Shown: positions 1 through 9,080, counted from the stretch's first letter. The stretch: 64,000 nt of DNA from Candidatus Moraniibacteriota bacterium (GCA_016699425.1 CP064975.1:130979-194978); one strand, 5' to 3'. A program made the numbers and translations. Notes: generated by a model not told the origin, from the sequence alone.

Positions 1-14
1 GCCTCCTCGGGCGG

Positions 15-482
15 GTGCTCACCTTTCTCCAGAGTTTCATCGTGATCCTCTCACTTATCTTCATCATCATCGGCGCCTTCATGTATATCACCTCGGGCGG
101 TGAATCCGGCCGCATCGAGACCGCCAAAAAATGCATCACCGCAGCGCTCATCGGTCTCGCCATCGGTATCGCGGCACCAGCCTTCCTTCGTCAGATATCC
201 GAGATCCTCGGTTGGACCGGACCGGATGCGGCACTGCCAGCGGGTGTCGGGACCAGCCTCACCCTCATCGAGATCGCAACCAATGTCCTGAACTTCCTCC
301 TTTCTATCGTCGGCGTGGTGGCGCTCATCATGCTCGTCGTCGGGGCCTTCATGTACCTGACCGCCGCGGGGGAGGAGGATCGCATCGATACCGGCAAGTC
401 GATTGTGAAGTATTCCATCATCGGTATCGCGGTTGCCTTGGCGGCGCTCGTCCTCGTCCGTCAGGTGGCCAGCTTCTTTTAG
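15..482 (+). CDS. Membrane protein with two tandem TrbC/VirB2-like pilin-type repeats (GTG start at 15; may extend upstream of the window)
   Basis: Two homologous ~75-aa halves (FMYITSGGESGRIETAKK.. and FMYLTAAGEEDRIDTGKS..), each with two TM helices, a pattern typical of T4SS/conjugative pilins. The frame is open back to base 1. Confidence 0.5.
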   Translation: MLTFLQSFIVILSLIFIIIGAFMYITSGGESGRIETAKKCITAALIGLAIGIAAPAFLRQISEILGWTGPDAALPAGVGTSLTLIEIATNVLNFLLSIVGVVALIMLVVGAFMYLTAAGEEDRIDTGKSIVKYSIIGIAVALAALVLVRQVASFF

Positions 483-517
483 CGATGCGGCGAAAAGGTG
501 TAAAGAAAAAAGAAAAA

Positions 518-558
518 CGGGCTTCGCAAAGTTACTTGCGAAGCCCGTCTGATTTTCC
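518..558. terminator. Rho-independent terminator hairpin (12-bp stem CGGGCTTCGCAA/TTGCGAAGCCCG) followed by a T-tract
   Basis: Perfect inverted repeat at 518-547 followed by TCTGATTTTCC. It lies between convergent genes and could act in both directions. Confidence 0.6.
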
Positions 559-574
559 TGACAGCTGTTGGCTG

Positions 575-2020
575 TCAGGTGGTGTGGCACTGCCGGATTT
601 CAACCCGGAGCGTCCCGTCCCCTTCATGATTCCGGACTCCTTGATACCGGTTTACGTTGAGGGCGACCGCGAACGGTTGGTCGAATTTCAACCGCGTCCG
701 CTGATTGGCGGGAGCGATGGGGAGACGTGCTCCCATCGCCTGGATGACGAGCGCCCCATAAGGTACTCGTGCTTCCCCCGGCTCCTCTGTGATGAGGAGT
801 GGTTCACTGCCCGGAACATTGGGCGGTGCGAACCAAGGTTGGCCATTCATGTTGCGTACGACCTTCTGACCGTCCGGATTCCAGCAGAATCCAATACGCC
901 CGTATGAGTCCATCTCACAGAGTTGCGTGGGCACCGGGTCCATTGCGGTCCCGGCGAAGAACATCTGCCGCCGCTTTCCGGTGGCAGTGACTTCATACCG
1001 TCCCGCGGGGAGCGAGCCGATATCGACCTCGCCAGGCTGATTGCTTGGCGTGTAGTCGACGACCTTGACGGTCGTATCGCAGCTCCAGGCAGTCTGGGTG
1101 ACTGCCGTTTCCGTTGGTGTCGTCGCAACTGCCGGAGCGGGTTTGGAGGCCGCCCCGGACTGTTGCTGTGCAGTGTCCGCATCTGGCTTGGAGGCCGGTA
1201 GTGACCAGTGGAAACCAGATGTTTCCTCGAACCCGATCTTTTCGCATTGCGCGAAGTCGGCCTGGGTCGGGAGGACTGGAGCAACCTTTTTGGCCGGGTT
1301 GCCCTTTGCCTTCTCTTTGATGTTGGCGAAGCAGGTTGCGCGCTCAGCGTTGATTGCTTCTTCTACTGCTCGCTTGGCGTCATCCTCGGCCTTGTGGGCT
1401 TTGGTCGCTGTCCGGGCCTGATCGACCCAGCGCGTGACAGTGATGCCGGCATTGCCCGGGAGGGCCATGCCGAGCATAGTGATGAGCAGGGCACAGTTGA
1501 TCCAGAACATCAGCCAGGGGAACAATACACTCTCTTGGAACAGTACTACGGAGAGTAGTATGACCAGGAGGCCGACCGCCAAGATTGGAACGACGAGGAA
1601 TATATTGTCCTCGATATTCCAGAGGGCGATGACTTCCAACGCGACTGCCGAATACGACATCGCCCAGAGCCAGATGCGCCAGAGCTTCTTCGTGGCCTGC
1701 TTTGCTGCCGCTAGGCCTTCTGGTATCTCATTTTCCTCGCCGAGAGTGCCGCGGAAGAGATTGTAGATCCACACTGGTGGTGTGAGAGCCAGCGTGTAGC
1801 CGAGGAGGCTCGCACCCGTGTAGACGATGACGACGAGCATCAGTGTCCACAGGAGCGGGGTCAGATGGAAGAACTTGAGGAGTACTCCCACCATGATGAC
1901 GCTTACAACGATGAAGCAGAATCTCAGACCCGCAGAACGGATCCGTCGGTTGATGCGACCTACGTCTGCGGTGGCCTGTTCGGCCATTGCGCGGGCGTAG
2001 GGGGTGAGTGTGGTAGCCAT
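575..2020 (-). CDS. Hypothetical polytopic membrane protein with a large Cys-containing extracytoplasmic C-terminal domain
   Basis: 481-aa ORF with about six N-terminal TM helices followed by a Thr/Ala/Pro-rich linker and a C-terminal domain. No recognisable catalytic motif. Confidence 0.5.
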   Translation of the reverse strand: MATTLTPYARAMAEQATADVGRINRRIRSAGLRFCFIVVSVIMVGVLLKFFHLTPLLWTLMLVVIVYTGASLLGYTLALTPPVWIYNLFRGTLGEENEIPEGLAAAKQATKKLWRIWLWAMSYSAVALEVIALWNIEDNIFLVVPILAVGLLVILLSVVLFQESVLFPWLMFWINCALLITMLGMALPGNAGITVTRWVDQARTATKAHKAEDDAKRAVEEAINAERATCFANIKEKAKGNPAKKVAPVLPTQADFAQCEKIGFEETSGFHWSLPASKPDADTAQQQSGAASKPAPAVATTPTETAVTQTAWSCDTTVKVVDYTPSNQPGEVDIGSLPAGRYEVTATGKRRQMFFAGTAMDPVPTQLCEMDSYGRIGFCWNPDGQKVVRNMNGQPWFAPPNVPGSEPLLITEEPGEARVPYGALVIQAMGARLPIAPANQRTRLKFDQPFAVALNVNRYQGVRNHEGDGTLRVEIRQCHTT

Positions 2021-2078
2021 TATAGCCCCTCCTTTTCTTTACGGTTACTCGAACAGACTCGTAAGAGCCTGCTATCGA

Positions 2079-3122
2079 TTACTTCAGTATTGCTTGGAAG
2101 CCACCGATGATCAGCACAGTGAGGATCGCGAGGCCGCCGACGATATAGATGAATCGCCATTGGCGCTCGCTGCGCTCTGCGTTGGTCTGGCCACTGGTAT
2201 TCTGCCGCCGTTCCTGATCGCGGAGAGCGCCCTTGCACTTCCGGATGGCGAGGACCTTCTCTTGCAGCCAAAGCTGCATCCCTTCTTGCAGCTCGCGCTG
2301 TTCGGCGGGATTTTCTTCAGCTGCGTCGATCTTCTGGATCCACTCGAGTGTTTCATCACTCTCGAGCAGGACATCAATCGCGGGTCGAGCATCGCTGCCT
2401 TCGCCGATCTTGTAGTCCTTGAGGAGATACCTGGCTGTTGTAAGGTGGATATCCGTGTCATGCTCACCGTACCATTCCCGCAGCCTGCCCCAGACCTTCG
2501 CTGCCTTTTCTTTGGTAGCATTGAGGCCGGCTGCTGCAGTGTCCTTTGCGTTGTCGAGGACGTGCATACCTAGCAGGGTCTTGGCGACTGCCTCAACCCG
2601 CTCATCCTCCGTACCTTGGCCCACTGTAGCGCGCCAAGTTAGGGCGTTTACGACCTGCTGACCTTTCAGGCCAGTCAGCTCTTCCCACTTTACCAGAATT
2701 GGAATCTGCTTCACCTTTGCAGGGTTTTTTGGATCCTCAATCTCGGTGTTTCCGGTTGTTTTCTGGTGGTGGATAGGCGTGACTTCGGCCGCGATTGTCC
2801 TCAAAAGCATGGTGATGGCTCCATTCGGGAGCTTCGCCACGATTTTCTCGAACAGGTCGCATTCCTCCGGCTTTACCTGGTAGTTAATCGCTCGCGTGGC
2901 ATCATCCACCCAGAGAGTGGACAACCAGATGTGGAGGGAGTTGAGTTCCCCCTCGCGCGAGGCGTTTTCCGCAATGGTTTCAGGTCCGCCTGGCCCCCCT
3001 TCACTGCTTTTGGGGGTCGCTTCACGCTTACCGAAGATATACCGGATGACTCCTAGGCCAATGTCGCCCCATTCCTTAATGCCCAACATTCGGTTGATTT
3101 CTTTGAATGAGAAATCTGCCAT
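2079..3122 (-). CDS. Hypothetical protein with C-terminal TM anchor
   Basis: 347-aa ORF with a soluble N-terminal domain and a single C-terminal TM helix (FIYIVGGLAILTVLIIGGF). It is co-directional with the upstream membrane protein. Confidence 0.45.
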   Translation of the reverse strand: MADFSFKEINRMLGIKEWGDIGLGVIRYIFGKREATPKSSEGGPGGPETIAENASREGELNSLHIWLSTLWVDDATRAINYQVKPEECDLFEKIVAKLPNGAITMLLRTIAAEVTPIHHQKTTGNTEIEDPKNPAKVKQIPILVKWEELTGLKGQQVVNALTWRATVGQGTEDERVEAVAKTLLGMHVLDNAKDTAAAGLNATKEKAAKVWGRLREWYGEHDTDIHLTTARYLLKDYKIGEGSDARPAIDVLLESDETLEWIQKIDAAEENPAEQRELQEGMQLWLQEKVLAIRKCKGALRDQERRQNTSGQTNAERSERQWRFIYIVGGLAILTVLIIGGFQAILK

Positions 3123-3351
3123 GATGATCTCCTTCTGATCTTTCGATCAAGTAGTAGTACATTTGATTGTAAAGGTACCCACAAGCAACGTACTGCCGCT
3201 CGGTTGTGCGCGGGTACCGACCCAAATTTCACAACAGTCCATTCTAGCATAAAACAGTCAGAAAGTCAATCCAAAAGAGGTATTCGTTTGTGGCTTGGAT
3301 AAAGCAAAATAATAGATTCTTTTGACATCAAAAAATGCTGCGAAGTATTGA

Positions 3352-3380
3352 TTGACAAGACTGTGTTCTCGCTGTACAAT
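3352..3380 (+). promoter_or_regulatory. Consensus sigma70 promoter (TTGACA-17 bp-TACAAT) upstream of nusA
   Basis: TTGACA at 3352-3357, a 17-bp spacer, then TACAAT at 3375-3380, about 100 bp upstream of the nusA ATG. Confidence 0.7.
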
Positions 3381-3479
3381 AGGCGTGTAAGTTGGTGAGG
3401 GAGTGGAAGTTCGCGGAAGCGGGCTTTTTTTGTCGGAAATCCCTTTTTGTTCAGTAAATAATTGGTGTAAACCAGAAAT

Positions 3480-4823
3480 ATGGCTAAGAAGAAAGTAGTA
3501 GAAGCGAGTGAGTCAGAAAGCCTCTCGGGCCGGCTCGGCGAATTCGGTAGTGCGGTGATGCAGATCGCCGAAGAAAAGAATCTCCCGCGTGAAAAAGTGT
3601 TTGAAATCGTCGAGGCGGCGCTCGCGGCGGCCTACAAGAAGGACTACGGCAAGAAAGGCCAAGTCATCAAAGCGAAGTTTGATGAAGTGACGAAGTCGGC
3701 GGATTTCTTCCTCGTGAAGGAAGTCGTAGATGAGACCTTGCGGGACTTCACCGTACCAGAAGAGACAGAAGAAGGTGTACCAGAGCAGGGAGGTACTCGT
3801 CCGGAGCTGGTTATCGAGACAAGCGAGACCGACGAGGAGCGACTGCCGCGCTTCAATGCTGAGCGCGATCTGACGCTGGACGAGGCGAAGCTCATCAAGC
3901 AGGATGCCGTTATCGGCGACAGCATCGAAATCCCGCTCGAAAGTCATGAAGACTTCGGCCGGGTCGCCGCGCAGACGGCCAAGCAGGTCATCATCCAGCG
4001 GATCCGTGAGGCAGAGCGCGAAACGATGTTCACTGAATACAAGGAGAAGGAAGGTCAGGCGGTGAATGGTATCGTCCAGCGCATCGAAGGCCGCAATGTC
4101 TTTGTCGATCTCGGTAAGTCCACCGGTATTCTCTTTCCGTCGGAGCAGATCCCGGGGGAGAACTATCGCATGGGTCAGCATCTGAAAGTCTTCCTCACCC
4201 GTGTCGAATCCGATCCGAAGGGGCCAGGATTGATCCTGTCGCGCGCCCATCCCGAGATGGTCCGCCACCTCTTCACACTCGAAGTGCCAGAAATCGCCAC
4301 CGGAACGGTCGAGATCAAAGCGATCGCCCGTGAGGCGGGGAGCCGCACCAAGATCGCGGTTTTGGCCAATGAGGATGGTGTCGATCCGATCGGTTCTTGT
4401 GTCGGCCAGAAGGGGACACGTGTCCAGACCGTCATCGATGAACTCGGCGGAGAGAAAGTCGATATCATCGAATGGAACGAGGATGTGCAGAAATTCATCA
4501 GCGCGGCGCTCTCACCGGCGAAAGTGCTGTCGGTTGAGCTGCGTGAGGCGGAGCAGCAGGCGATCGTCACGGTCCCAGCGGACCAGTTGTCGCTCGCGAT
4601 CGGCAAGCGCGGGCAGAACGTCCGACTGGCGGCCAAGCTCACCGGCTGGCGCATCGATGTAAAGAGTCCGGAGGAAGAGGAAGTCTCCGGGGCAGAGGTG
4701 GAGACTGAAACAGAGGCACTAGCTGAGAATGAGTCCATCACTGAAACCGCACCGGAAGCAACCGAAGTCACCCCGATCTCGGCCGAAGCTTCTCCGGAAG
4801 CTGTTGCAGAGGAGAAAGAATAA
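3480..4823 (+). CDS. nusA: Transcription termination/antitermination factor NusA
   Basis: N-terminal NusA domain, an S1 domain and tandem KH domains (VDPIGSCVGQKGTRVQTVIDELGGEKVDII) are present. The acidic C-terminal tail is typical. Confidence 0.9.
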   Translation: MAKKKVVEASESESLSGRLGEFGSAVMQIAEEKNLPREKVFEIVEAALAAAYKKDYGKKGQVIKAKFDEVTKSADFFLVKEVVDETLRDFTVPEETEEGVPEQGGTRPELVIETSETDEERLPRFNAERDLTLDEAKLIKQDAVIGDSIEIPLESHEDFGRVAAQTAKQVIIQRIREAERETMFTEYKEKEGQAVNGIVQRIEGRNVFVDLGKSTGILFPSEQIPGENYRMGQHLKVFLTRVESDPKGPGLILSRAHPEMVRHLFTLEVPEIATGTVEIKAIAREAGSRTKIAVLANEDGVDPIGSCVGQKGTRVQTVIDELGGEKVDIIEWNEDVQKFISAALSPAKVLSVELREAEQQAIVTVPADQLSLAIGKRGQNVRLAAKLTGWRIDVKSPEEEEVSGAEVETETEALAENESITETAPEATEVTPISAEASPEAVAEEKE

Positions 4824-4873
4824 AAAGAACAGTATTCTTTCAGCTCTAACCTAACCTTTAATCTCTTACTCCT

Positions 4874-5413
4874 ATGAACTTGTGGCATGATGTGAAACTT
4901 GGCGACAATGCCCCCGAGGAGATCAATGTCATCATTGAGATTCCCAAGGGCTCGCCCAACAAGTATGAAATCGACAAGGAAACCGGGCTGATCAAGCTCG
5001 ACCGCGCCAATTATTCAGCGGCGCCGTACCCGTTTGATTACGGTTTTGCGCCGCAAACGCTCTGGGACGATGGTGATGCGCTCGATGTCATCGTGCTCTC
5101 GACCTTCCCGCTCGCGCCCGGCATCCTCGTGAATGCCCGGCCAGTCGCTATCATGGAGATGATCGACGGAGGGGACTCTGACTACAAGGTGATCGCGGTG
5201 CCGGTTGACGATAAGCGCTGGGATGATGTGAAAGACCTGAAGGATGTAAACACGCACAATTTGAAAGAATATCAGCACTTCTTCGAGACCTACAAGGTTC
5301 TGAAGGGGAAGAAGAACGAGGTCGCGGTTCACGGTTTCAAAGGCCGCAAGGATGCGCTGGCTGCCGTGAAGCGTTCGGTGAAGCTCTATGCGAAGGAGTT
5401 TGGGAAGAAGTAA
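4874..5413 (+). CDS. ppa: Inorganic pyrophosphatase (family I)
   Basis: EINVIIEIPKGSPNKYEIDKETGLIKLDR...YGFAPQT...DGDALDVIVL core motifs and the right size (179 aa). Confidence 0.9.
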   Translation: MNLWHDVKLGDNAPEEINVIIEIPKGSPNKYEIDKETGLIKLDRANYSAAPYPFDYGFAPQTLWDDGDALDVIVLSTFPLAPGILVNARPVAIMEMIDGGDSDYKVIAVPVDDKRWDDVKDLKDVNTHNLKEYQHFFETYKVLKGKKNEVAVHGFKGRKDALAAVKRSVKLYAKEFGKK

Positions 5414-5437
5414 TTCAGCCTGATCGGAAGACATCAT

Positions 5438-6730
5438 ATGGAAGTCAAAGTACAGAAGCTCCCTGCCTCACGCTGGGAAATCACCGTGACGCTCCCGTGG
5501 GAGGAGTGGCAGACACATCGTGAACACGCGGTCGAACACCTGGCGGCGAATGTGAATATGGCCGGGTTCCGCCAGGGAAAAGTGCCAGAAGCGATGCTCG
5601 AGCAGCGTTTTGGGAAGGAAGCGATTCTCATCGAGACGGCGGAGCATGCGGTCCATCACACCTATCCGCAGGCGCTCCTGGAAGCCAAGGCAGAGGCGAT
5701 CGGTCGACCGGAAATCAAATTTGATGCCGTGAAGGCTGATGAGCCGCTGGTATTCACCATTACGACTGATGTGTTACCGGAAATAGTCCTGAGAGAATGG
5801 CGCAAAGATGTCGCGAAGATTAATGCGGCGGCAGCCGAGAAACACATCTCGGTCACAGACGAAGAAATGAACAAAGAGCTCGCCGAGTTGGCCAAGATGC
5901 GCGCCAGTTTCGTGCCCGTTGATCGAGCTGCTGCTCTGAGTGATACGGCCAAGGTTGATTTCACGGTGACGGTTGACGGCGTGATCATCGAGGGTGGTAC
6001 GAGTACGGATCACGCCATTGTACTCGGTTCGGGCGCTTTCATCCCAGGTTTCGAGGACCAGATCATCGGTCTGACGAGCGGAGAAGAAAAGACGTTCGAG
6101 TTGACTTTCCCCGCAGAGTATCATGCCAAACACCTCGCTGGAAAACCGGCTACGTTTGCGGTGAAGTTGAAGTCGGTCGAGGAACAGAAGATACCGGCGA
6201 TTGATGATGCTTTTGCTCAGACGATCGGCAAGTTCGAGAGTCTCGCAGCCGTGAAGGAGAATATGCAAAAAGGAATGCTCGAGGAGAAACAGCGCGCGGC
6301 TAAAGAAGAGCAGCGGACGCTCATTCTCGATGCGTTGATTGCTGCGGCCGACATGGAGTACCCAGTTGTCCTCGTCGAGGAAGAGGCGAAGCGCATGCTC
6401 TTGCAGTTTCGGTCACAGGTCGAATCGATGGGGTTCGAGTGGGAGAAATATCTGACCGAGACGAAGAAGTCGGAAGCAGAGCTCGGCCTCGAGTGGGAAC
6501 CACAGGCCAAGAAGCGAGTCGCAGCGGAACTCGTCCTCCAGAAACTCGCCGCCGATGAGTCGATCGATGTCGACACCGAAGCGGTCGAAGCCGAAATGAA
6601 CAAGGTCTTCCAGTATTACAAAAACACCAAGCAAATCGAGGAGAAGATCGATATGGGCAAGCTCTATACGTCCGTGCGGGGGCAAATGGTGAATGAAAAG
6701 GTATTGACCTGGCTTGAAGGTATACGTTAA
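5438..6730 (+). CDS. tig: Trigger factor (ribosome-associated PPIase chaperone)
   Basis: N-terminal ribosome-binding domain, a central FKBP-type PPIase segment ([37 protein letters not shown]) and a C-terminal arm. The classical tig-clpP order is preserved. Confidence 0.9.
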   Translation: MEVKVQKLPASRWEITVTLPWEEWQTHREHAVEHLAANVNMAGFRQGKVPEAMLEQRFGKEAILIETAEHAVHHTYPQALLEAKAEAIGRPEIKFDAVKADEPLVFTITTDVLPEIVLREWRKDVAKINAAAAEKHISVTDEEMNKELAELAKMRASFVPVDRAAALSDTAKVDFTVTVDGVIIEGGTSTDHAIVLGSGAFIPGFEDQIIGLTSGEEKTFELTFPAEYHAKHLAGKPATFAVKLKSVEEQKIPAIDDAFAQTIGKFESLAAVKENMQKGMLEEKQRAAKEEQRTLILDALIAAADMEYPVVLVEEEAKRMLLQFRSQVESMGFEWEKYLTETKKSEAELGLEWEPQAKKRVAAELVLQKLAADESIDVDTEAVEAEMNKVFQYYKNTKQIEEKIDMGKLYTSVRGQMVNEKVLTWLEGIR

Positions 6731-6764
6731 ACATGGTAGACTGTCGGGACTTGATAAATTACCA

Positions 6765-7364
6765 ATGTCTATGTCATCTGTCCAGAACAATTACCTCGTG
6801 CCGATGGTGATCGAGAAGACGAACATGGGGGAGCGGGCCTATGACATCTATTCGCGGCTCCTGAAGGACCGGATCATCTTCATCGGCTCGCCGATCGACG
6901 ATGGCGTCGCCAATACCGTCATCGCCCAGCTGCTCTTCCTCCAGTCACAGAGTACCAAGGACGATATCAAGATCTATATCAATTCCCCCGGCGGGTCGGT
7001 CACCTCGGCGATGGCTATCTATGACACGATGCAGCATGTGAAGCCTGATGTCGAGACGATCTGCATCGGACTGGCAGCGTCGGCAGCGTCCGTACTGCTC
7101 GCGGCGGGGGCCAAAGGGAAGCGCTTCACGTTGCCCAATGCGGAAGTCATGATTCATCAGGTGCTGGGAGGTGTCGAGGGGCAGGCGACGGATATCGATA
7201 TCCATGCCCGGCATATCCTGAAGGTGCGTGATCGGCTGAACCGAATCCTCGTGAAGCATACGGGACAGAAGTTGGCCAAGATCGAACATGACACGGATCG
7301 GGACTACTTCATGACCGCCGAAGAGGCGAAAACCTACGGAATCGTCGACAAAGTCTTGTCCTAG
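6765..7364 (+). CDS. clpP: ATP-dependent Clp protease proteolytic subunit ClpP (alternative upstream start at 6714 overlaps tig)
   Basis: [25 protein letters not shown]...[19 protein letters not shown]...MIHQVLGG contains the Ser-His-Asp catalytic context. No clpX follows. Confidence 0.9.
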   Translation: MSMSSVQNNYLVPMVIEKTNMGERAYDIYSRLLKDRIIFIGSPIDDGVANTVIAQLLFLQSQSTKDDIKIYINSPGGSVTSAMAIYDTMQHVKPDVETICIGLAASAASVLLAAGAKGKRFTLPNAEVMIHQVLGGVEGQATDIDIHARHILKVRDRLNRILVKHTGQKLAKIEHDTDRDYFMTAEEAKTYGIVDKVLS

Positions 7365-7400
7365 CCAGGTTAAGAGTATATTCTCAGAGAAATCAAAAAA

Positions 7401-7425
7401 CTGCCCCGTGTGGGCAGTTTTGTTC
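7401..7425 (+). terminator. Rho-independent terminator after clpP (CTGCCC-CGTGT-GGGCAG + TTTTGTT)
   Basis: Six-bp GC stem followed directly by a T-tract, 37 nt after the clpP stop. Confidence 0.6.
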
Positions 7426-7456
7426 GATACATGATACTAGCCAGAGGGGAGTGCGC

Positions 7457-7879
7457 CTAGGCAGCTTCCATTTCGGTTGACCGTTCATGGTGGCAAATAT
7501 GGCGCGCCATGAAGAGAAGCCCCCCCACGATAGCGAGATTTTTCAGAATCATGGTGTACTGCGTCTGGTCTTTCATCGCGTCTCCAGTAAATGTCGTGTG
7601 ACCGATAATAGTCGCGGCAACCGTGAAGGCGATGAGCATATCGACGGCGAGGGCAGATTTCCAGTTGAAGAGAAGCATTAGCCCGCCACCGAACTCGAAA
7701 ATGATGGCCAGCACAGTGAGGAGTGGCGCGACAGATTCGTTGGTGAGCGATCCGACATAGCCGACAGTCGCATCGAACCCAGTAAGCTTACCGAAACCAG
7801 CCACCACGAATAACAGGGCAAGAAACACGCGCGCAACTGTCGGGGTCCAGGGCGCTGTCGCACAGGTCTTGGAGAACAT
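7457..7879 (-). CDS. DoxX-family membrane protein
   Basis: 140 aa with four TM helices and the DoxX signature (LRVFLALLFVVAGFGKL...). Confidence 0.7.
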   Translation of the reverse strand: MFSKTCATAPWTPTVARVFLALLFVVAGFGKLTGFDATVGYVGSLTNESVAPLLTVLAIIFEFGGGLMLLFNWKSALAVDMLIAFTVAATIIGHTTFTGDAMKDQTQYTMILKNLAIVGGLLFMARHICHHERSTEMEAA

Positions 7880-8046
7880 AGCGTATGCTTAGGGATTACT
7901 CCCTCAGTATATCATCACCCGAGCCAGCTGGGTTGATGCGGTGGTTGGGTGCTTCCTGGTCAGGAAGCAAGGACACTTCCGAGAGGCATGCTCGCCGGCA
8001 GGATCCCAGTCTCCTGTCCGATGACGTGTAGGTCATATTGTATCCC

Positions 8047-8071
8047 TGGAAGCCTGTCTGCCGGTAAACAG
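8047..8071. repeat. GC-rich hairpin repeat (family member a: CCTGTCTGCCGGTAAACAGGCAGG) just downstream of the tRNA-Arg(TCT) 3' end
   Basis: Eight-bp stem with one G-U pair. Homologous hairpins occur at 8203-8224, 34621-34641, 41598-41615, 52186-52206 and 56206-56228. Confidence 0.6.
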
Positions 8072-8092
8072 GCAGGGAACATTCATATTCTG

Positions 8093-8164
8093 TGCCCCGA
8101 GAGAGAATCGAACTCCCATCAAGACCTTAGAAGAGTCCTGCTTTATCCATTAAGCTATCGGGGC
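8093..8164 (-). tRNA. tRNA-Arg (anticodon TCT)
   Basis: Hand-folded cloverleaf with acceptor GCCCCGA/TCGGGGC, D-arm GCTT-AATGGATA-AAGC, anticodon stem GGACT/GGTCT with two G-U pairs, loop CTTCTAA and T-arm GGGAG-TTCGATT-CTCTC. CCA is not encoded. Confidence 0.8.
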
Positions 8165-8165
8165 G

Positions 8166-8274
8166 TATTCTTTTGTAAAAAATTTTTAGAAGACTCCTGC
8201 TCCCTGCCTGCCGGTAGGCAGGTATCCATTGAGCTACAGGGACGGTTCGAGCGGGGCAATCAAATATCCACAGG
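8166..8274 (-). pseudogene. Degenerate partial copy of the tRNA-Arg(TCT) 5' half (acceptor/D-arm/anticodon arm) interrupted by a family hairpin
   Basis: Minus-strand reading GTCCCTGTAGCTCAATGGATA-[CCTGCCTACCGGCAGGCAGG]-GAGCAGGAGTCTTCTAA parallels tRNA-Arg GCCCCGATAGCTTAATGGATAAAGCAGGACTCTTCTAA. There is no T-arm or 3' acceptor strand. Confidence 0.5.
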
Positions 8275-8346
8275 GGTGGCTAGAGGGAATCGGACCCTCG
8301 TTCACGGTACCACAAACCGTTGTCTTACCATTAGACGATAGCCACC
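8275..8346 (-). tRNA. tRNA-His (anticodon GTG) with encoded G-1
   Basis: G-1 pairs with C73, acceptor GTGGCTA/TAGCCAC, D-arm GTCT-AATGGTA-AGAC, anticodon stem ACGGT/ACCGT, loop TTGTGGT, T-arm GAGGG-TCCGATT-CCCTC. Confidence 0.8.
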
Positions 8347-8425
8347 ACTCTAGATACTTGATCGTCACCAAGATATTTTTGAGATACGCTCTAGCAGAAA
8401 AGGATTGTGAAAGGAGAATGGAATG

Positions 8426-8498
8426 TGGGTGCGGGGGGGATCGAACCCTCGACCGTTGGCTTAAGAGGCCACTGCTCTACCAACTGAGCTACGCACCC
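8426..8498 (-). tRNA. tRNA-Lys (anticodon CTT)
   Basis: Acceptor GGGTGCG/CGCACCC, D-arm GCTC-AGTTGGTA-GAGC, anticodon loop CTCTTAA and T-loop TTCGATC. One mismatch each in the anticodon stem and the T-stem. Confidence 0.7.
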
Positions 8499-8704
8499 AA
8501 TAAAAAACACACTGTCAGACAGTGGTTCCAGCTTAGCGAATAAGGGCGCCGGCGTCAATATAAAGAAGGAGGACCCATTGAACAGCGGTTCAGGGTCCTC
8601 GGGTTGTGGGCTGGCTCAGGGCGAGTCAGGGCTCTTCGGTGGGGGATGCCTATTCAGACATCCGTGGGATCGCGGTTGTGCAAGATCATGGTCCTCGCTC
8701 TCGA

Positions 8705-8887
8705 TCAGCTGGCCGAAGTCTCGCCCTTGGCGCCGATGGTCTTGCCGAAGGCCCAGGCCGGGTTGTCGGGGCCCATGGTGCCGGCAGGGGTGGCGGTCGG
8801 GTGGTCTTCGGCAGCATCGACGCGGAAATCTGTGCCATTACCACGGCAGGGAGACCCACGCGGGGCGGGAGCGATGTGTTTCATCAT
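8705..8887 (-). CDS. Small hypothetical protein (60 aa, MMKHIAPAPRGSPCRGNGTDFRVDAAEDHPT...) within the GC-rich block
   Basis: Strong SD (GAGGAG about 5 nt before the ATG). It lies downstream of and co-directional with vanW. No homology recognised, and the surrounding region yields many spurious GC-rich ORFs. Confidence 0.3.
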   Translation of the reverse strand: MMKHIAPAPRGSPCRGNGTDFRVDAAEDHPTATPAGTMGPDNPAWAFGKTIGAKGETSAS

Positions 8888-9080
8888 GATCTCCTCGAAG
8901 GAGTTGATGGGGAGGGTGTGGCCAATGGGCCGATGAGAGCGGACGCTCGCACTTCGCGGGCCCAAGCCGCGCGCTGGCGTTCAGGGTACTGCGGAGCGAA
9001 TGACAGGGATCACCTCCTCTCTGGTAGGAACTATAAAGCTATGGTACCGGGAACACCGAATAGCTGTCAAATGGCGATCT

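Noticed and set aside
3513-4268. 251-aa antisense ORF inside nusA, and similar long antisense ORFs inside valS, tsaD, gpmI, rny, recG, thrS and the P-type ATPase
   Set aside because: Each is fully contained in a well-supported conserved gene on the opposite strand and has an atypical amino-acid composition.
7949-8543. ORFs 7949..8341 and 8229..8543 on the plus strand
   Set aside because: They lie across the tRNA-Arg, tRNA-His and tRNA-Lys genes and their pseudo-copies. Their translations are implausible.
8540-9080. Possibility that the GC-rich block encodes RNase P RNA, tmRNA or SRP RNA
   Set aside because: Manual search found none of the RNase P P4 strands (AGGAAAGTCCGGGCTCC / ACAGAACCCGGCTTA), no tmRNA tRNA-like end or tag-peptide frame, and no SRP helix-8 motif. 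A covariance-model scan is still needed to be certain.
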